This document shows, piece by piece, positions 1 through 8,668 of a DNA stretch of 23,137 nucleotides. The position numbers and the translations under genes were made by a program. The notes under the pieces were generated by a model that saw only the letters and a list, made by a program, of their open reading frames with translations, was not told the origin of the DNA and did not search any database. The stretch's first letter is position 1. Every line of letters starts with the position of its first letter. The stretch comes from Candidatus Aenigmatarchaeota archaeon (GTDB lineage Archaea > Aenigmatarchaeota > Aenigmatarchaeia > CG10238-14), in contig JAWBZR010000011.1 of the NCBI GenBank assembly GCA_044343545.1, positions 1 through 23,137 on the forward strand, read 5' to 3'.

Positions 1-225
1 AGAACAACAACAACAACCACGACAACAACCACAAGAACAACAACAACAACCACGACAACAACCACAAGAACAACAACAACAACCACAAGAACAACAACAA
101 CAACCACAAGAACAACAACATCAACCACGACAACAACCACAAGAACAACAACATCAACCACGACAACAACATCAACCACGACAACAACCACAAGAACAAC
201 AACATCAACCACGACAACAACCACT
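1..225 (+). repeat. Coding low-complexity tandem repeat (poly-Thr with Arg/Ser; units such as acaaccacaagaacaacaac and acatcaaccacgacaac)
   Basis: Reiterated ACA/ACC/ACG codon units are directly visible. Confidence 0.95.
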
Positions 226-810
226 CTACCAGAAATATGTAATGCAAGAGATGACAATTTTAATTGTAAAAATCCGTCATTTGTTGGAAATCCAAACGTT
301 TGTGATTGTATTCAACATCCAACAACTCACGAAGTAATATGTGATCCTTACACAGACGAAGGTTGGACATACATATTGTTATCACATAAACCTCGATTAA
401 CATCAGCCATATTACATGATGGTTATACGCAAAACGTAACTTTACAATTATCTAGTTGCGACACTAATAGAACAATATTAGTTGGAGATGAAACATATTA
501 TATTGATTTAAACTGGAACTATATATGGTCGTCAGCCAAAAAAAGAAATTGTAATGCTCAAAAACCAGGTGATAGCGTATATTGTCATGTTTATGATATC
601 GGATTTTACATAAACATAGAATCTCAAGGAAAAACAGTAATAGTTCAAATGCAAATAGAAAATAGATGGACAGATATACCCAACTGCATATATAATACAA
701 CAGGAAGGCATTATTGTAATCTTTCACCTTATTTGTTGACAGATAATGATAGAGACGGTGTATACGATCTTTTATTAAATGATATTCAATTAAGATTAAA
801 AATAGTTTAG
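1..810 (+). CDS. Thr-rich, Cys-rich putative surface protein, 5' partial (extends the 376..810 ORF to the window edge)
   Basis: Frame 1 is open from base 1 with no stop: RTTTTT... then TLPEICNARDDNFNC...CDPYTDEGWTYILLSHKP..., joining the listed 144-aa ORF and ending at TAG 808-810. The EICN..DDN..C...DEG segment resembles the MopE-type repeat, and DNDRDGVYD resembles a Ca-binding loop. Confidence 0.8.
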   Translation, partial: RTTTTTTTTTTRTTTTTTTTTTRTTTTTTRTTTTTTRTTTSTTTTTTRTTTSTTTTTSTTTTTTRTTTSTTTTTTLPEICNARDDNFNCKNPSFVGNPNVCDCIQHPTTHEVICDPYTDEGWTYILLSHKPRLTSAILHDGYTQNVTLQLSSCDTNRTILVGDETYYIDLNWNYIWSSAKKRNCNAQKPGDSVYCHVYDIGFYINIESQGKTVIVQMQIENRWTDIPNCIYNTTGRHYCNLSPYLLTDNDRDGVYDLLLNDIQLRLKIV

Positions 811-822
811 AGAGGTGTAAAA

Positions 823-2778
823 ATGAAAAAAACATACTTTGCAGTCATGTTGATTCTTTTGTTCATACCTTTAGCTTTATCTTTAGAAATAAAAAATGTT
901 TTCGCGTCTGTTTCAATGAAAGCCGTAAGTGGGGGAAAGAGTTTATTGTGTAGAATATTTGGTATAGGGTGTTCTTCACCCAGCTTTATGGTAAGACCCG
1001 CTACTGTTGCTAGTCAGTATGGATGCTATTGCGATACTTATCAATGTACTGGCAATTGCTGGTGGGGAAATGGAAGTGTGGGATATAATTGTGACTATAT
1101 AGCCCAAATTGTCGGAAACGTTTCTCAAAAACCAAATTATGCTTATGTAGATAATAGCACTTTAAATCAATCATACAAATTATGCACTCCCAACTATAAT
1201 TTAAGGGTAGATACCAGCGATGGTAAAAATCATACTCTTGAAGTAAGGTGGGTGAATTGGTTTAATACTTCACAAGAATATATGGGAGTAAAAGATGTTA
1301 TCTTAACAATAGATTTGCATGAACAAATGAACACCCACCTAATAGATTTATTATGGTATAATGCAGATCAAAACGTATGGGAAAGCGTATATTGGATGTT
1401 AAATAATACAAACTACTGCATTTTAAATTCGACAGAATTGTTAACTGTTTGTAATTTTTCTGCTAAAATAAACACGTTAAACAAATTACAAAATACAAGA
1501 TTCAGGTTTATATTTAGAAAAGCCGTATTTTCGAATAATAGTGCTGTAGGTGTGTTTGGAGATAGTGTATTAGGTATAGTGAGATATAGAGATGATAAAG
1601 GAAACATAATAAATTGTCACGTTGATGTGGATTGTCTAAAACTTGAAGCAAAGTTTGTAAAGTGTGTGTCAAGAACGACGACGTCGACTACTACAACGAC
1701 TACAACAATTCCGCCAACAACAGAATGTCTGTTAATTTTGCAAAAGAAATGGTATAATTCTCAAAATGAGGAAACTTACCCGCCTGTTGAACAACTTTAT
1801 AACTTTAGCCTTAGAGTAAATGGCTCTCATGGATATGGCTACTGTAATTATCCGTCAGGACAAAATTTAACTTGTAATTATGTAAACTATAATCCATATT
1901 CAGATATAACTCAAGGTTTAGTTATATTCAACGGAGAGCAATATACAGTTACAGAATCGGGCTTACCGTCAAATTGCGAGCCAATAAGTGGTTTGGGAAC
2001 ATTTAATGTAAATGATTTAAATTGCACATGTTTAAATCCTTCCGCTTATGAAGGTTGCACGCCAGGATATTGGCGACAACCACAGCACTTCGACTCATGG
2101 CAACAGCCATATGATCCTAGCGATCTATTTTCACAAACATGTACGCCTGACCAAAGTGTATGTTTTGAGGACGCATTTCCGGGAAAAACTCTAATAGAAA
2201 TACTAGATAATCCAGGTGGAAGTAAATTAAATCAATTAGGTTTCCATACGGTTGCAGCTTTGTTGAATTCAGTACATCCAAATGTGAATTACCCGTTAAC
2301 CGCAACCGAAGTAATAACAATGTTTAATAATGTCTATCCAGGAACTGATAGGGAATATGAAAGTTTAAAAAATTTGTTTGAAAGCTATAACGAATTGGGT
2401 TGTCCGTTAAATGGCGGAAGAGCAACAGTTACAAGTTATAGTAACATCTGTCCTCATATTGTGAAAAACATCTGCTTTACTACTACGACAACAACAACGA
2501 CAACCACGACATCAACCACGACAACAACCACAAGAACAACAACATCAACCACAAGAACAACAACATCAACCACGACAACAACTACGACGACTATTAAAAG
2601 TGTTAAGATAGATTGTGTCGAACTTGTGATAAATTACAAAGATTGTATCAAGATGACAACAACCACTTATCGTCCAATAGATGATTGTTGGATTAAAATA
2701 AAGTGCCCGACAGGTCAAATACCTGAATTAGTCAATGGAGAATGCAAATGTGTACCGATAAATCAACCTATTGAATAA
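823..2778 (+). CDS. Secreted Cys-rich, Thr-linker multidomain surface glycoprotein with a GCTPGYW-type domain
   Basis: Signal-peptide-like N-terminus (MKKTYFAVMLILLFIPLALS), GAGG RBS upstream, many N-x-S/T sequons and cysteines, two poly-Thr linkers, and an EGCTPGYW...VAALLN...NELGCPL module. Confidence 0.85.
   Translation: MKKTYFAVMLILLFIPLALSLEIKNVFASVSMKAVSGGKSLLCRIFGIGCSSPSFMVRPATVASQYGCYCDTYQCTGNCWWGNGSVGYNCDYIAQIVGNVSQKPNYAYVDNSTLNQSYKLCTPNYNLRVDTSDGKNHTLEVRWVNWFNTSQEYMGVKDVILTIDLHEQMNTHLIDLLWYNADQNVWESVYWMLNNTNYCILNSTELLTVCNFSAKINTLNKLQNTRFRFIFRKAVFSNNSAVGVFGDSVLGIVRYRDDKGNIINCHVDVDCLKLEAKFVKCVSRTTTSTTTTTTTIPPTTECLLILQKKWYNSQNEETYPPVEQLYNFSLRVNGSHGYGYCNYPSGQNLTCNYVNYNPYSDITQGLVIFNGEQYTVTESGLPSNCEPISGLGTFNVNDLNCTCLNPSAYEGCTPGYWRQPQHFDSWQQPYDPSDLFSQTCTPDQSVCFEDAFPGKTLIEILDNPGGSKLNQLGFHTVAALLNSVHPNVNYPLTATEVITMFNNVYPGTDREYESLKNLFESYNELGCPLNGGRATVTSYSNICPHIVKNICFTTTTTTTTTTTSTTTTTTRTTTSTTRTTTSTTTTTTTTIKSVKIDCVELVINYKDCIKMTTTTYRPIDDCWIKIKCPTGQIPELVNGECKCVPINQPIE
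2479..2592 (+). repeat. Coding poly-Thr tandem repeat using the same units as 1..225
   Basis: 2509..2552 is identical to 169..212 (44 bp), and the flanks use the same repeat units. Confidence 0.9.
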
Positions 2779-2799
2779 AAATTTACCTAATTTTCCCTA

Positions 2800-3030
2800 T
2801 TAATTTTCTCTTTTTCTCTTATAAACCTTTTTTTCTATTACAAAATATAATAGAGATCCGATGAATAAAAGCAAAATTAATGCCAAGAACCAAAACCACT
2901 TTGATTTTTTCTTACTTTTCAAACAATCTATTATTGAAATTATCCATAAAGCAATAACCATTGTCGTTAAAGCCACTAAAAAAATAAATACAAAACTACC
3001 TAACTTTTCTACGATACCAGCAAAATACAT
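2800..3030 (-). CDS. Small two-TM membrane protein, PLDc N-terminal-like
   Basis: 76 aa with the pattern LWIISIIDCLK..K.KWFWFLALILL.FIGSLLYF followed by a basic tail, typical of PLDc_N domain proteins. Confidence 0.75.
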   Translation of the reverse strand: MYFAGIVEKLGSFVFIFLVALTTMVIALWIISIIDCLKSKKKSKWFWFLALILLLFIGSLLYFVIEKKVYKRKREN

Positions 3031-3082
3031 ACTTAATTATTTATAGCAATATATCTTAAAATTATTAACTACTGGTGTTATC

Positions 3083-4369
3083 ATGGTAATGATAGAATGG
3101 GGGTTCGTCCTTTCTTTAATAGTAGCTGCGATAGGGATACAAATATCTTACAGGTTAAAATTACCAAGTTCTATTGGTTTGATATTAACAGGTTTATTTT
3201 TTGGCCCATCTTTTTTAGGTTTGGTAGAAAATAATGAAATGATAGATTTTCTAGCTCACATAGGTCTGTTCTTTCTAATGTTTAAAATAGGTTTAGAAAG
3301 TGACATAGAACTTTTAAAATCAAAAGAATCGTTTTTTGTCGGTTTTTTCGGGTTTATCTTGCCTTGGATTGGCGGATTCATAATAATGTGGTTACTTGGA
3401 TATGATGCAAAAGAATCGTTTTTTGTCGGAACAATATTAACAGCCACGAGCGTTGGAATTACTGTGGCTATATTAAATCAAATGAATGTAATAAATAAAA
3501 AATTTGCCAAAGTTATTTTGGGGGCAGCAATTGCAGATGATATCTTAGGATTATTTGCTCTTTCAATAGCTACAAATATAGCAGTTTCAAACACACTAAA
3601 CATTATTTATTTATCCAAAAAGATAGGACTAACTCTTTTAATTCTCTTGTTTTCGGTGTTTTTTGGCATAAAACTGATGTCCATAATGAAATTTATCAAA
3701 AAATATCATATAGATAAAAGTGTTGTTTATCTTGTATTGTTTTCTTTTGTAATTCTTTCAGCGATTTTTGCAGAAGATATAGGTTTATCAGGAATAGTTG
3801 GAGCATTCTTTGCTGGACTAATGGTGACAGAATCTGGTTTTGAAGGTGAAGAGAAGAAATTTGAGCATATGATCGATCCGTTAGTTCTTTTATTTTCACC
3901 TTTGTTTTTTCTCAATTTGGGCCTTCTCGTGACATTACCCCAACTCATTAGCGGAATAAAGTTAGGTTTGTTGTTAACCATAGTGGGGATAATTTCAAAA
4001 TATGTTGGATGTTATATTACTGCAAAAAGACAGGGAATAGATAACCTTGATTCAATAATAATAAGTTTAGGTATGCTTCCAAGAGGAGAAGTTGCCTTGA
4101 TAGCTGCACAAATAGGTTTAGCTTCGCAAATAATAACACCAGAAATATTTTCAGCTGTTATAGTAATGACGCTGATAACTTCATTTTTACCTCCATTAAT
4201 ATTTTTCTATGCCTTAACTCCCTATGTACATGCTACAACGATAGAAGAATTTGAAAAGCAAAAAAGAAAAGTTATAAGTAGGTTAAATCTTATAGGAAGA
4301 ATAAGAATTTATTTAGAAGAGGCTAGGTTAAAGGGAAAATCTTTAAGAAAAAAGATAATAAAATATTAA
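3083..4369 (+). CDS. Cation:proton antiporter, CPA2 (NapA/Kef-like)
   Basis: About 12 hydrophobic segments with family motifs GLESD, ATSVGI, GAAIADD, GAFFAG and GMLPRGEVALI. Confidence 0.93.
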   Translation: MVMIEWGFVLSLIVAAIGIQISYRLKLPSSIGLILTGLFFGPSFLGLVENNEMIDFLAHIGLFFLMFKIGLESDIELLKSKESFFVGFFGFILPWIGGFIIMWLLGYDAKESFFVGTILTATSVGITVAILNQMNVINKKFAKVILGAAIADDILGLFALSIATNIAVSNTLNIIYLSKKIGLTLLILLFSVFFGIKLMSIMKFIKKYHIDKSVVYLVLFSFVILSAIFAEDIGLSGIVGAFFAGLMVTESGFEGEEKKFEHMIDPLVLLFSPLFFLNLGLLVTLPQLISGIKLGLLLTIVGIISKYVGCYITAKRQGIDNLDSIIISLGMLPRGEVALIAAQIGLASQIITPEIFSAVIVMTLITSFLPPLIFFYALTPYVHATTIEEFEKQKRKVISRLNLIGRIRIYLEEARLKGKSLRKKIIKY

Positions 4370-4370
4370 T

Positions 4371-4799
4371 TCAAATTTCTTCAATCAAAACTGCTGGACA
4401 AACCTTTTTTATGCCTTCAGTTTTTTTTAATTTTTTTATAAATTTTGTGAGATCGTTCTTATTATGATACGTTATAAAAATTAGAAAATCATGATCACCT
4501 GAAGTAAAATAGAATTTTTTTATATTTGGAAAATTTTTTACTGAAAGTATAATTTCATCAATTTTTTCAGGACACGCATCAAATCCTATAATAGCTAAAT
4601 TCATGTTTAGATGTTTCCAATCAACTTCAACAGTAAATTTTTTTATTATACCTTCTTTCATTAATTTTGAAATTTTTTTTCTAACCGCAGCTTCGCTAAT
4701 TCCTAGTATTTTTCCTAAACGCGTGTATTTTATTCTAGAATTGTTTTCTAATATTTTAATTATTTTGTAATCTATATTTTTGTTCGATTTTCGTACCAT
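4371..4799 (-). CDS. lrpA: Lrp/AsnC transcriptional regulator, LrpA-like
   Basis: HTH LGISEAAVRKKI plus C-terminal SGDH and KVCPA motifs, as in Thermococcales LrpA. Confidence 0.88.
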   Translation of the reverse strand: MVRKSNKNIDYKIIKILENNSRIKYTRLGKILGISEAAVRKKISKLMKEGIIKKFTVEVDWKHLNMNLAIIGFDACPEKIDEIILSVKNFPNIKKFYFTSGDHDFLIFITYHNKNDLTKFIKKLKKTEGIKKVCPAVLIEEI

Positions 4800-4844
4800 A
4801 ATATATATAAATTCGTACCACCGTAAATATTTTTGTGATAAATT
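4783..4844. promoter_or_regulatory. Divergent lrpA/prx promoter region with a TTCGTACCA direct repeat flanking a TATA-like tract
   Basis: TTCGTACCA at 4790-4798 and 4812-4820 (22-bp period) flank ATATATATAA. There is an extra TTCG at 4783. Only 45 bp separate the two start codons. Confidence 0.55.
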
Positions 4845-5498
4845 ATGAACTTTCCAAAAATTGGAGAATCTGTACCTAGTTTTAATGCATTGACAACTAA
4901 AGGGGAAATTAACTTTCCAAAAGATTATGAAGGGAAATGGGTTGTCTTATTTAGTCACCCGGCCGATTTTACCCCCGTTTGTACTACAGAATTTTATTCA
5001 TTTCAAAAAAAAATTAAAGAATTTAAAAAACTAAATACAGAATTAATAGGGTTAAGTGTCGATCAAATTTTTTCTCACATGAAATGGACTCAATGGATAA
5101 ATGAAAATTTAGGAACCGAAATAGAGTTTCCAATTATTGCTGATGAACTAGGTAGAATTTCTTCTCTGCTAGGAATGATACATGAAACTAAAGGCACAAA
5201 CACGGTTAGGGCCGTTTTCGTAATAGACCCAAAAGGAATAATAAGAGCAATTTTATATTATCCGCAAGAAATTGGTAGAAATGTAGAAGAAATATTAAGA
5301 ATTTTAAAAGCATTACAATTTTCTGACAAACACAATGTAGCTCTTCCTGCCAATTGGCCAAATAACGAATTAATAGAGGACAAAGTAATAATACCTCCTG
5401 CAAAAAATGATAAAGCAGCTAAAGAAAGATTAGATAAAGCAGCTAAAAAAGAAATAGAATGCTATGATTGGTGGTTTTGCTACAAAAAAATAGAATGA
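4845..5498 (+). CDS. Peroxiredoxin, archaeal Prx6/AhpC type
   Basis: [14 protein letters not shown] peroxidatic motif, GRN..EILR, PANWP and C-terminal CYDWWFC. Confidence 0.96.
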   Translation: MNFPKIGESVPSFNALTTKGEINFPKDYEGKWVVLFSHPADFTPVCTTEFYSFQKKIKEFKKLNTELIGLSVDQIFSHMKWTQWINENLGTEIEFPIIADELGRISSLLGMIHETKGTNTVRAVFVIDPKGIIRAILYYPQEIGRNVEEILRILKALQFSDKHNVALPANWPNNELIEDKVIIPPAKNDKAAKERLDKAAKKEIECYDWWFCYKKIE

Positions 5499-6248
5499 TT
5501 ATTGTTTTTTATCAAATATTAAAGAAGCTATTATGCTAGTAGTTAAAGTAAATAAAAATATAACGGTGAATGAAATATAAATAGGTAAATGAGATACGCC
5601 AATAACTATATTTCTCATCACATCAACACCATAAGTCAGTGGGTCAAGAAAAGAAAGTACCTTTAAAAAATAAGGAAGATTCTCTATCGGAAATAAAACC
5701 CCACTTAAAAAGAATAGGGGCATAACCACAAAATTCATTATAAGTTGAAATCCTTCTAAAGTTTCCATTAAACTTCCTATTATTAAACCAAAACAAACGA
5801 AACCAATTGATATTAACAACATTACAGGTAATAATATAACTAAAGAAAGTAAAGAAAATTTAACACCAAATAAAGCAGACAAGCCTATTATCATTAAACC
5901 TTGTAACAAAGCAGTAGTTGCCCCACCTAAACTTTTTCCTATAACAATGATTGTTCTTGAAATAGGTGCAACTAACATTTCTTTGAGAAAGCCGAACTCT
6001 CTATCCCAAATAACAGAAACACCAGAAGAAACAGATGTAAACAACAACGCCATTGCAATTATACCAGGCGCAATATAATCAGAATATTTGACTTCAGCAT
6101 TTGCTAAACGCATAGCAATATTCATACCAGAACCAAATATCAAAAACCAAAATATTGGCATTGCTAACGAGCTTATTATTCTTTCTTTTGCTCTCAAATA
6201 CCTTTTAACTTCTCTTAACCAAATAGTATAGATAGCTTCTAACTCCAT
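5499..6248 (-). CDS. ABC-2 type transporter permease (DrrB-like)
   Basis: Six hydrophobic segments with DREFGFLKEMLVAP, FFLSG.LFP and DPLTYGVD motifs. Confidence 0.93.
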   Translation of the reverse strand: MELEAIYTIWLREVKRYLRAKERIISSLAMPIFWFLIFGSGMNIAMRLANAEVKYSDYIAPGIIAMALLFTSVSSGVSVIWDREFGFLKEMLVAPISRTIIVIGKSLGGATTALLQGLMIIGLSALFGVKFSLLSLVILLPVMLLISIGFVCFGLIIGSLMETLEGFQLIMNFVVMPLFFLSGVLFPIENLPYFLKVLSFLDPLTYGVDVMRNIVIGVSHLPIYISFTVIFLFTLTTSIIASLIFDKKQ

Positions 6249-7183
6249 GGACCTCGCCTTATTAGTTTTTTATTATTTTCTTCATCTCTTATTTCTCTTC
6301 CTGTTAAAGCAAGAAACACGTCATTTAAGGATGGTTTTCTAATACTAACTTCATAAACATCTATTTTATGTCTTTTTAATTTGAACAATATTTTTGTAAT
6401 TTCTTTTTCGGCATTTTTTACATAAACAACTAATTTGCCATCAAAAACCTTTGCATTATCCAAATATTTTTCAGCTTTTTTATTGTCAGAAACCTTCAAA
6501 ATTATACTTTCTCCTTTCAAAGTTTTTTCAATTTTTCTGATGTATCACAAGCCATTATTTTGCCGTGATCTATTATTGCAATTCTATCGCATAAACTATC
6601 AGCTTCTTCCATATAATGTGTTGTCAAGATTATTGTGATATTTTCTTTTTTTGCTAAATTTTTTATATAATCCCATATATGTGCTCTTGTTTGCGGATCT
6701 AACCCTAAAGTAGGTTCATCTAAAAACAAAATTTCTGGATGATGAACTAAACGTCTTGCTATTTCTAATCTTCTTTTCATTCCACCAGAAAAAGTCTTTA
6801 CAAGAATATCTGCCTTTTCAGTTAATTCAACAAGCTCTAAAACTTCTTTTATTCTTTGCTTCTTTTCTTTAACACCATAAAGTGAGGCATGCATCTCCAG
6901 ATTTTCTCTTGCTGTTAATCTATCATCTAAACTAGGGTCTTGAAAAACTATTCCTATAGATTTTCTAACTTTGTCTTGCTCCTTAACAACATCATAACCG
7001 TTGACAAATGCCTTACCTGAAGTAGGTTTTAGTGCAAAGCATTGATATGGTTGTTGTTTTCCCAGCGCCATTTGGACCAAGTAAACCAAATATTTCGCCC
7101 TTTTTTACTTTAAGATTTAAATCATCCACGGCTACGACATTTTTGAATTCTTTTCTTAAATTTTCAGTTTCTATTGCATACAT
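6239..7183 (-). pseudogene. ABC transporter ATP-binding protein (DrrA-like) split by two frameshifts
   Basis: Walker A (GPNGAGKTT) lies in 7013..7195. The signature FSGGMKRR, Walker B FLDEP and H-loop LTTH lie in 6517..7089. The C-terminal KPSLNDVFLALTG domain lies in 6239..6520. Frame changes occur at about 7030 and about 6525. The likely start is ATG 7183 (MYAIET). Confidence 0.85.
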
Positions 7184-7442
7184 ATGAATCATCATTTTGA
7201 GTTATCGTCAAATATTTACTTAGCCAAAGTTTATTTTTACGATTATTTAAATTTACATGAAAATAGCATTTTAATTACAACTGAAATAGTAAGCTTATAT
7301 TCTAAATTTATACCGATAGCAATAATGTTTGGCATAGTTGGATGGATGGTATATTTCTAGAGACATAAAGGCGTTGGTTTAAATCTGAAACTAAAAAAGA
7401 TGTTGAATTTTCTTCAAACAATGTTTTAGAATTTTTCATATA

Positions 7443-7516
7443 TGGGCTCGGAGGGATTCGAACCCTCGACCTTGTGGTTAAGAGCCACCTGCTCTACCAA
7501 GCTGAGCTACGAGCCC
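7443..7516 (-). tRNA. tRNA-Lys(CTT)
   Basis: Minus strand reads GGGCTCG TA GCTC AGCTTGGTA GAGC A GGTGG CTCTTAA CCACA AGGTC GAGGG TTCGAAT CCCTC CGAGCCC A. It forms a full cloverleaf with no intron and no encoded CCA, and has a G27.A43 mismatch. Confidence 0.96.
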
Positions 7517-7547
7517 TAACTAAAATTAATTTTATTCTACTAACAAT

Positions 7548-8000
7548 TTAATTCTTACTTGACCAAAAAGTTTGCTTTCTTTTTTTCCACAACAAGTAAT
7601 CTCTTATCATCTTTCCATGATCGAAAGCAAGATTGTTCGTGTCTATTTCTTCTGGCTTCATCCAAAAAACTTCTTCAGCATCACTACCTGCCCTTGCCAA
7701 ACTTGACTTTGAATCTGCGATGAATACGACGCTGACGGCATGAAATCTAGGATCCCTAAATGGAGAAGAATAGACGCCTAGGATTTCCTTTAATTTAACA
7801 TCCAATCCTGTTTCTTCTTTGACTTCTCTTAAGGCGGTTTCCTCTATGCTTTCATCTTTTTCTTGCCTACCTCCAGGTAAGCTCATCATACCTTTATATG
7901 GCTCATGTCCTCTTTTAACTAGCAATATTTTACCTTTGAATCTAACTATTACATCCGAAGCTAATACCAATTGTCCAGACACTTTAAAAATAAAGTCCAA
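7548..8000 (-). CDS. Nudix hydrolase (ADP-ribose pyrophosphatase-like)
   Basis: Nudix box GGRQEKDESIEETALREVKEETGL, plus RDPR and LAFDH motifs. The TTG start is uncertain. Confidence 0.92.
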   Translation of the reverse strand: MDFIFKVSGQLVLASDVIVRFKGKILLVKRGHEPYKGMMSLPGGRQEKDESIEETALREVKEETGLDVKLKEILGVYSSPFRDPRFHAVSVVFIADSKSSLARAGSDAEEVFWMKPEEIDTNNLAFDHGKMIRDYLLWKKRKQTFWSSKN

Positions 8001-8008
8001 ACTGATTT

Positions 8009-8668
8009 TTATTTTTTTCCAAAATTATTCAGCGCATAATCGCAAATATCATTCAAAGGACATTCCATGCATTTAGGTTTTTTCTTACATACATTTTTTC
8101 CCAACTCAACAATTAAAGCATGATACTCTTTAAATAATTCTAAATCTTTAGGTAAAGATTTCTCAAAAATTTCTTTCACCGCCTCATATTCTTCTTCTTT
8201 GATCAAGCCTAATCTGTTAAATATTCTTATAGTGTATGCATCGACAACGAAAGTTAGTTTATTGGCAGCATAGAGTATGATAGAATCAGCCGTTTCCTTT
8301 CCTATACCCTTAATTGACAATAACTCTTTCCTTAAAATATCTTTGTTTAAGTTTAGAAAGTTTTCCAAATTACCGTCATATTTTTCAAACAAAAATTTTA
8401 CAAATTCTTTCAATCTTTTTGCTTTGACTCTATAAAAACCAGAAGGTTTTATCAATTTTTCCAACTGCCTCAATTCCACTTCCTTCAAAGATAAAGGGTT
8501 CAACAATTGATGAGCTTTTAAATTGTTAATAGCTTTTTCAACATTTCTCCAGGAAGTTTGTTGGGTAAGTATAGCTCCTACTATCACTTCAAACTTGGTT
8601 TCAGCAGGCCACCAATTTTGTTTTCCAAAAAAATTCAACAAAATTTTATATATTTTCAAAAAACTCAT
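8009..8668 (-). CDS. Endonuclease III-related HhH-GPD glycosylase with [4Fe-4S] motif (MJ1434-like)
   Basis: WWP..T.FEVIVGAILTQQT, HhH KGIGKETAD (Glu at the lyase-Lys position), VVDAY, and CKKKPKCMECPLNDIC (C-X6-C-X2-C-X5-C). Confidence 0.92.
   Translation of the reverse strand: MSFLKIYKILLNFFGKQNWWPAETKFEVIVGAILTQQTSWRNVEKAINNLKAHQLLNPLSLKEVELRQLEKLIKPSGFYRVKAKRLKEFVKFLFEKYDGNLENFLNLNKDILRKELLSIKGIGKETADSIILYAANKLTFVVDAYTIRIFNRLGLIKEEEYEAVKEIFEKSLPKDLELFKEYHALIVELGKNVCKKKPKCMECPLNDICDYALNNFGKK

Noticed and set aside
1..225. CRISPR array or DGR template/variable repeat
   Set aside because: There are no unique spacers, and the repeat is an in-frame poly-Thr linker. The shared copy shows no adenine-specific mismatches and no reverse transcriptase lies in the window.
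464..835. 123-aa minus-strand ORF, and 2861..3046 plus-strand ORF
   Set aside because: Both overlap better-supported genes on the opposite strand and have shadow-like composition.
5409..5447. 15-bp direct repeat GATAAAGCAGCTAAA in the peroxiredoxin gene
   Set aside because: It is a short in-frame duplication (DKAAK twice) in a variable C-terminal arm, with no sign of wider significance.
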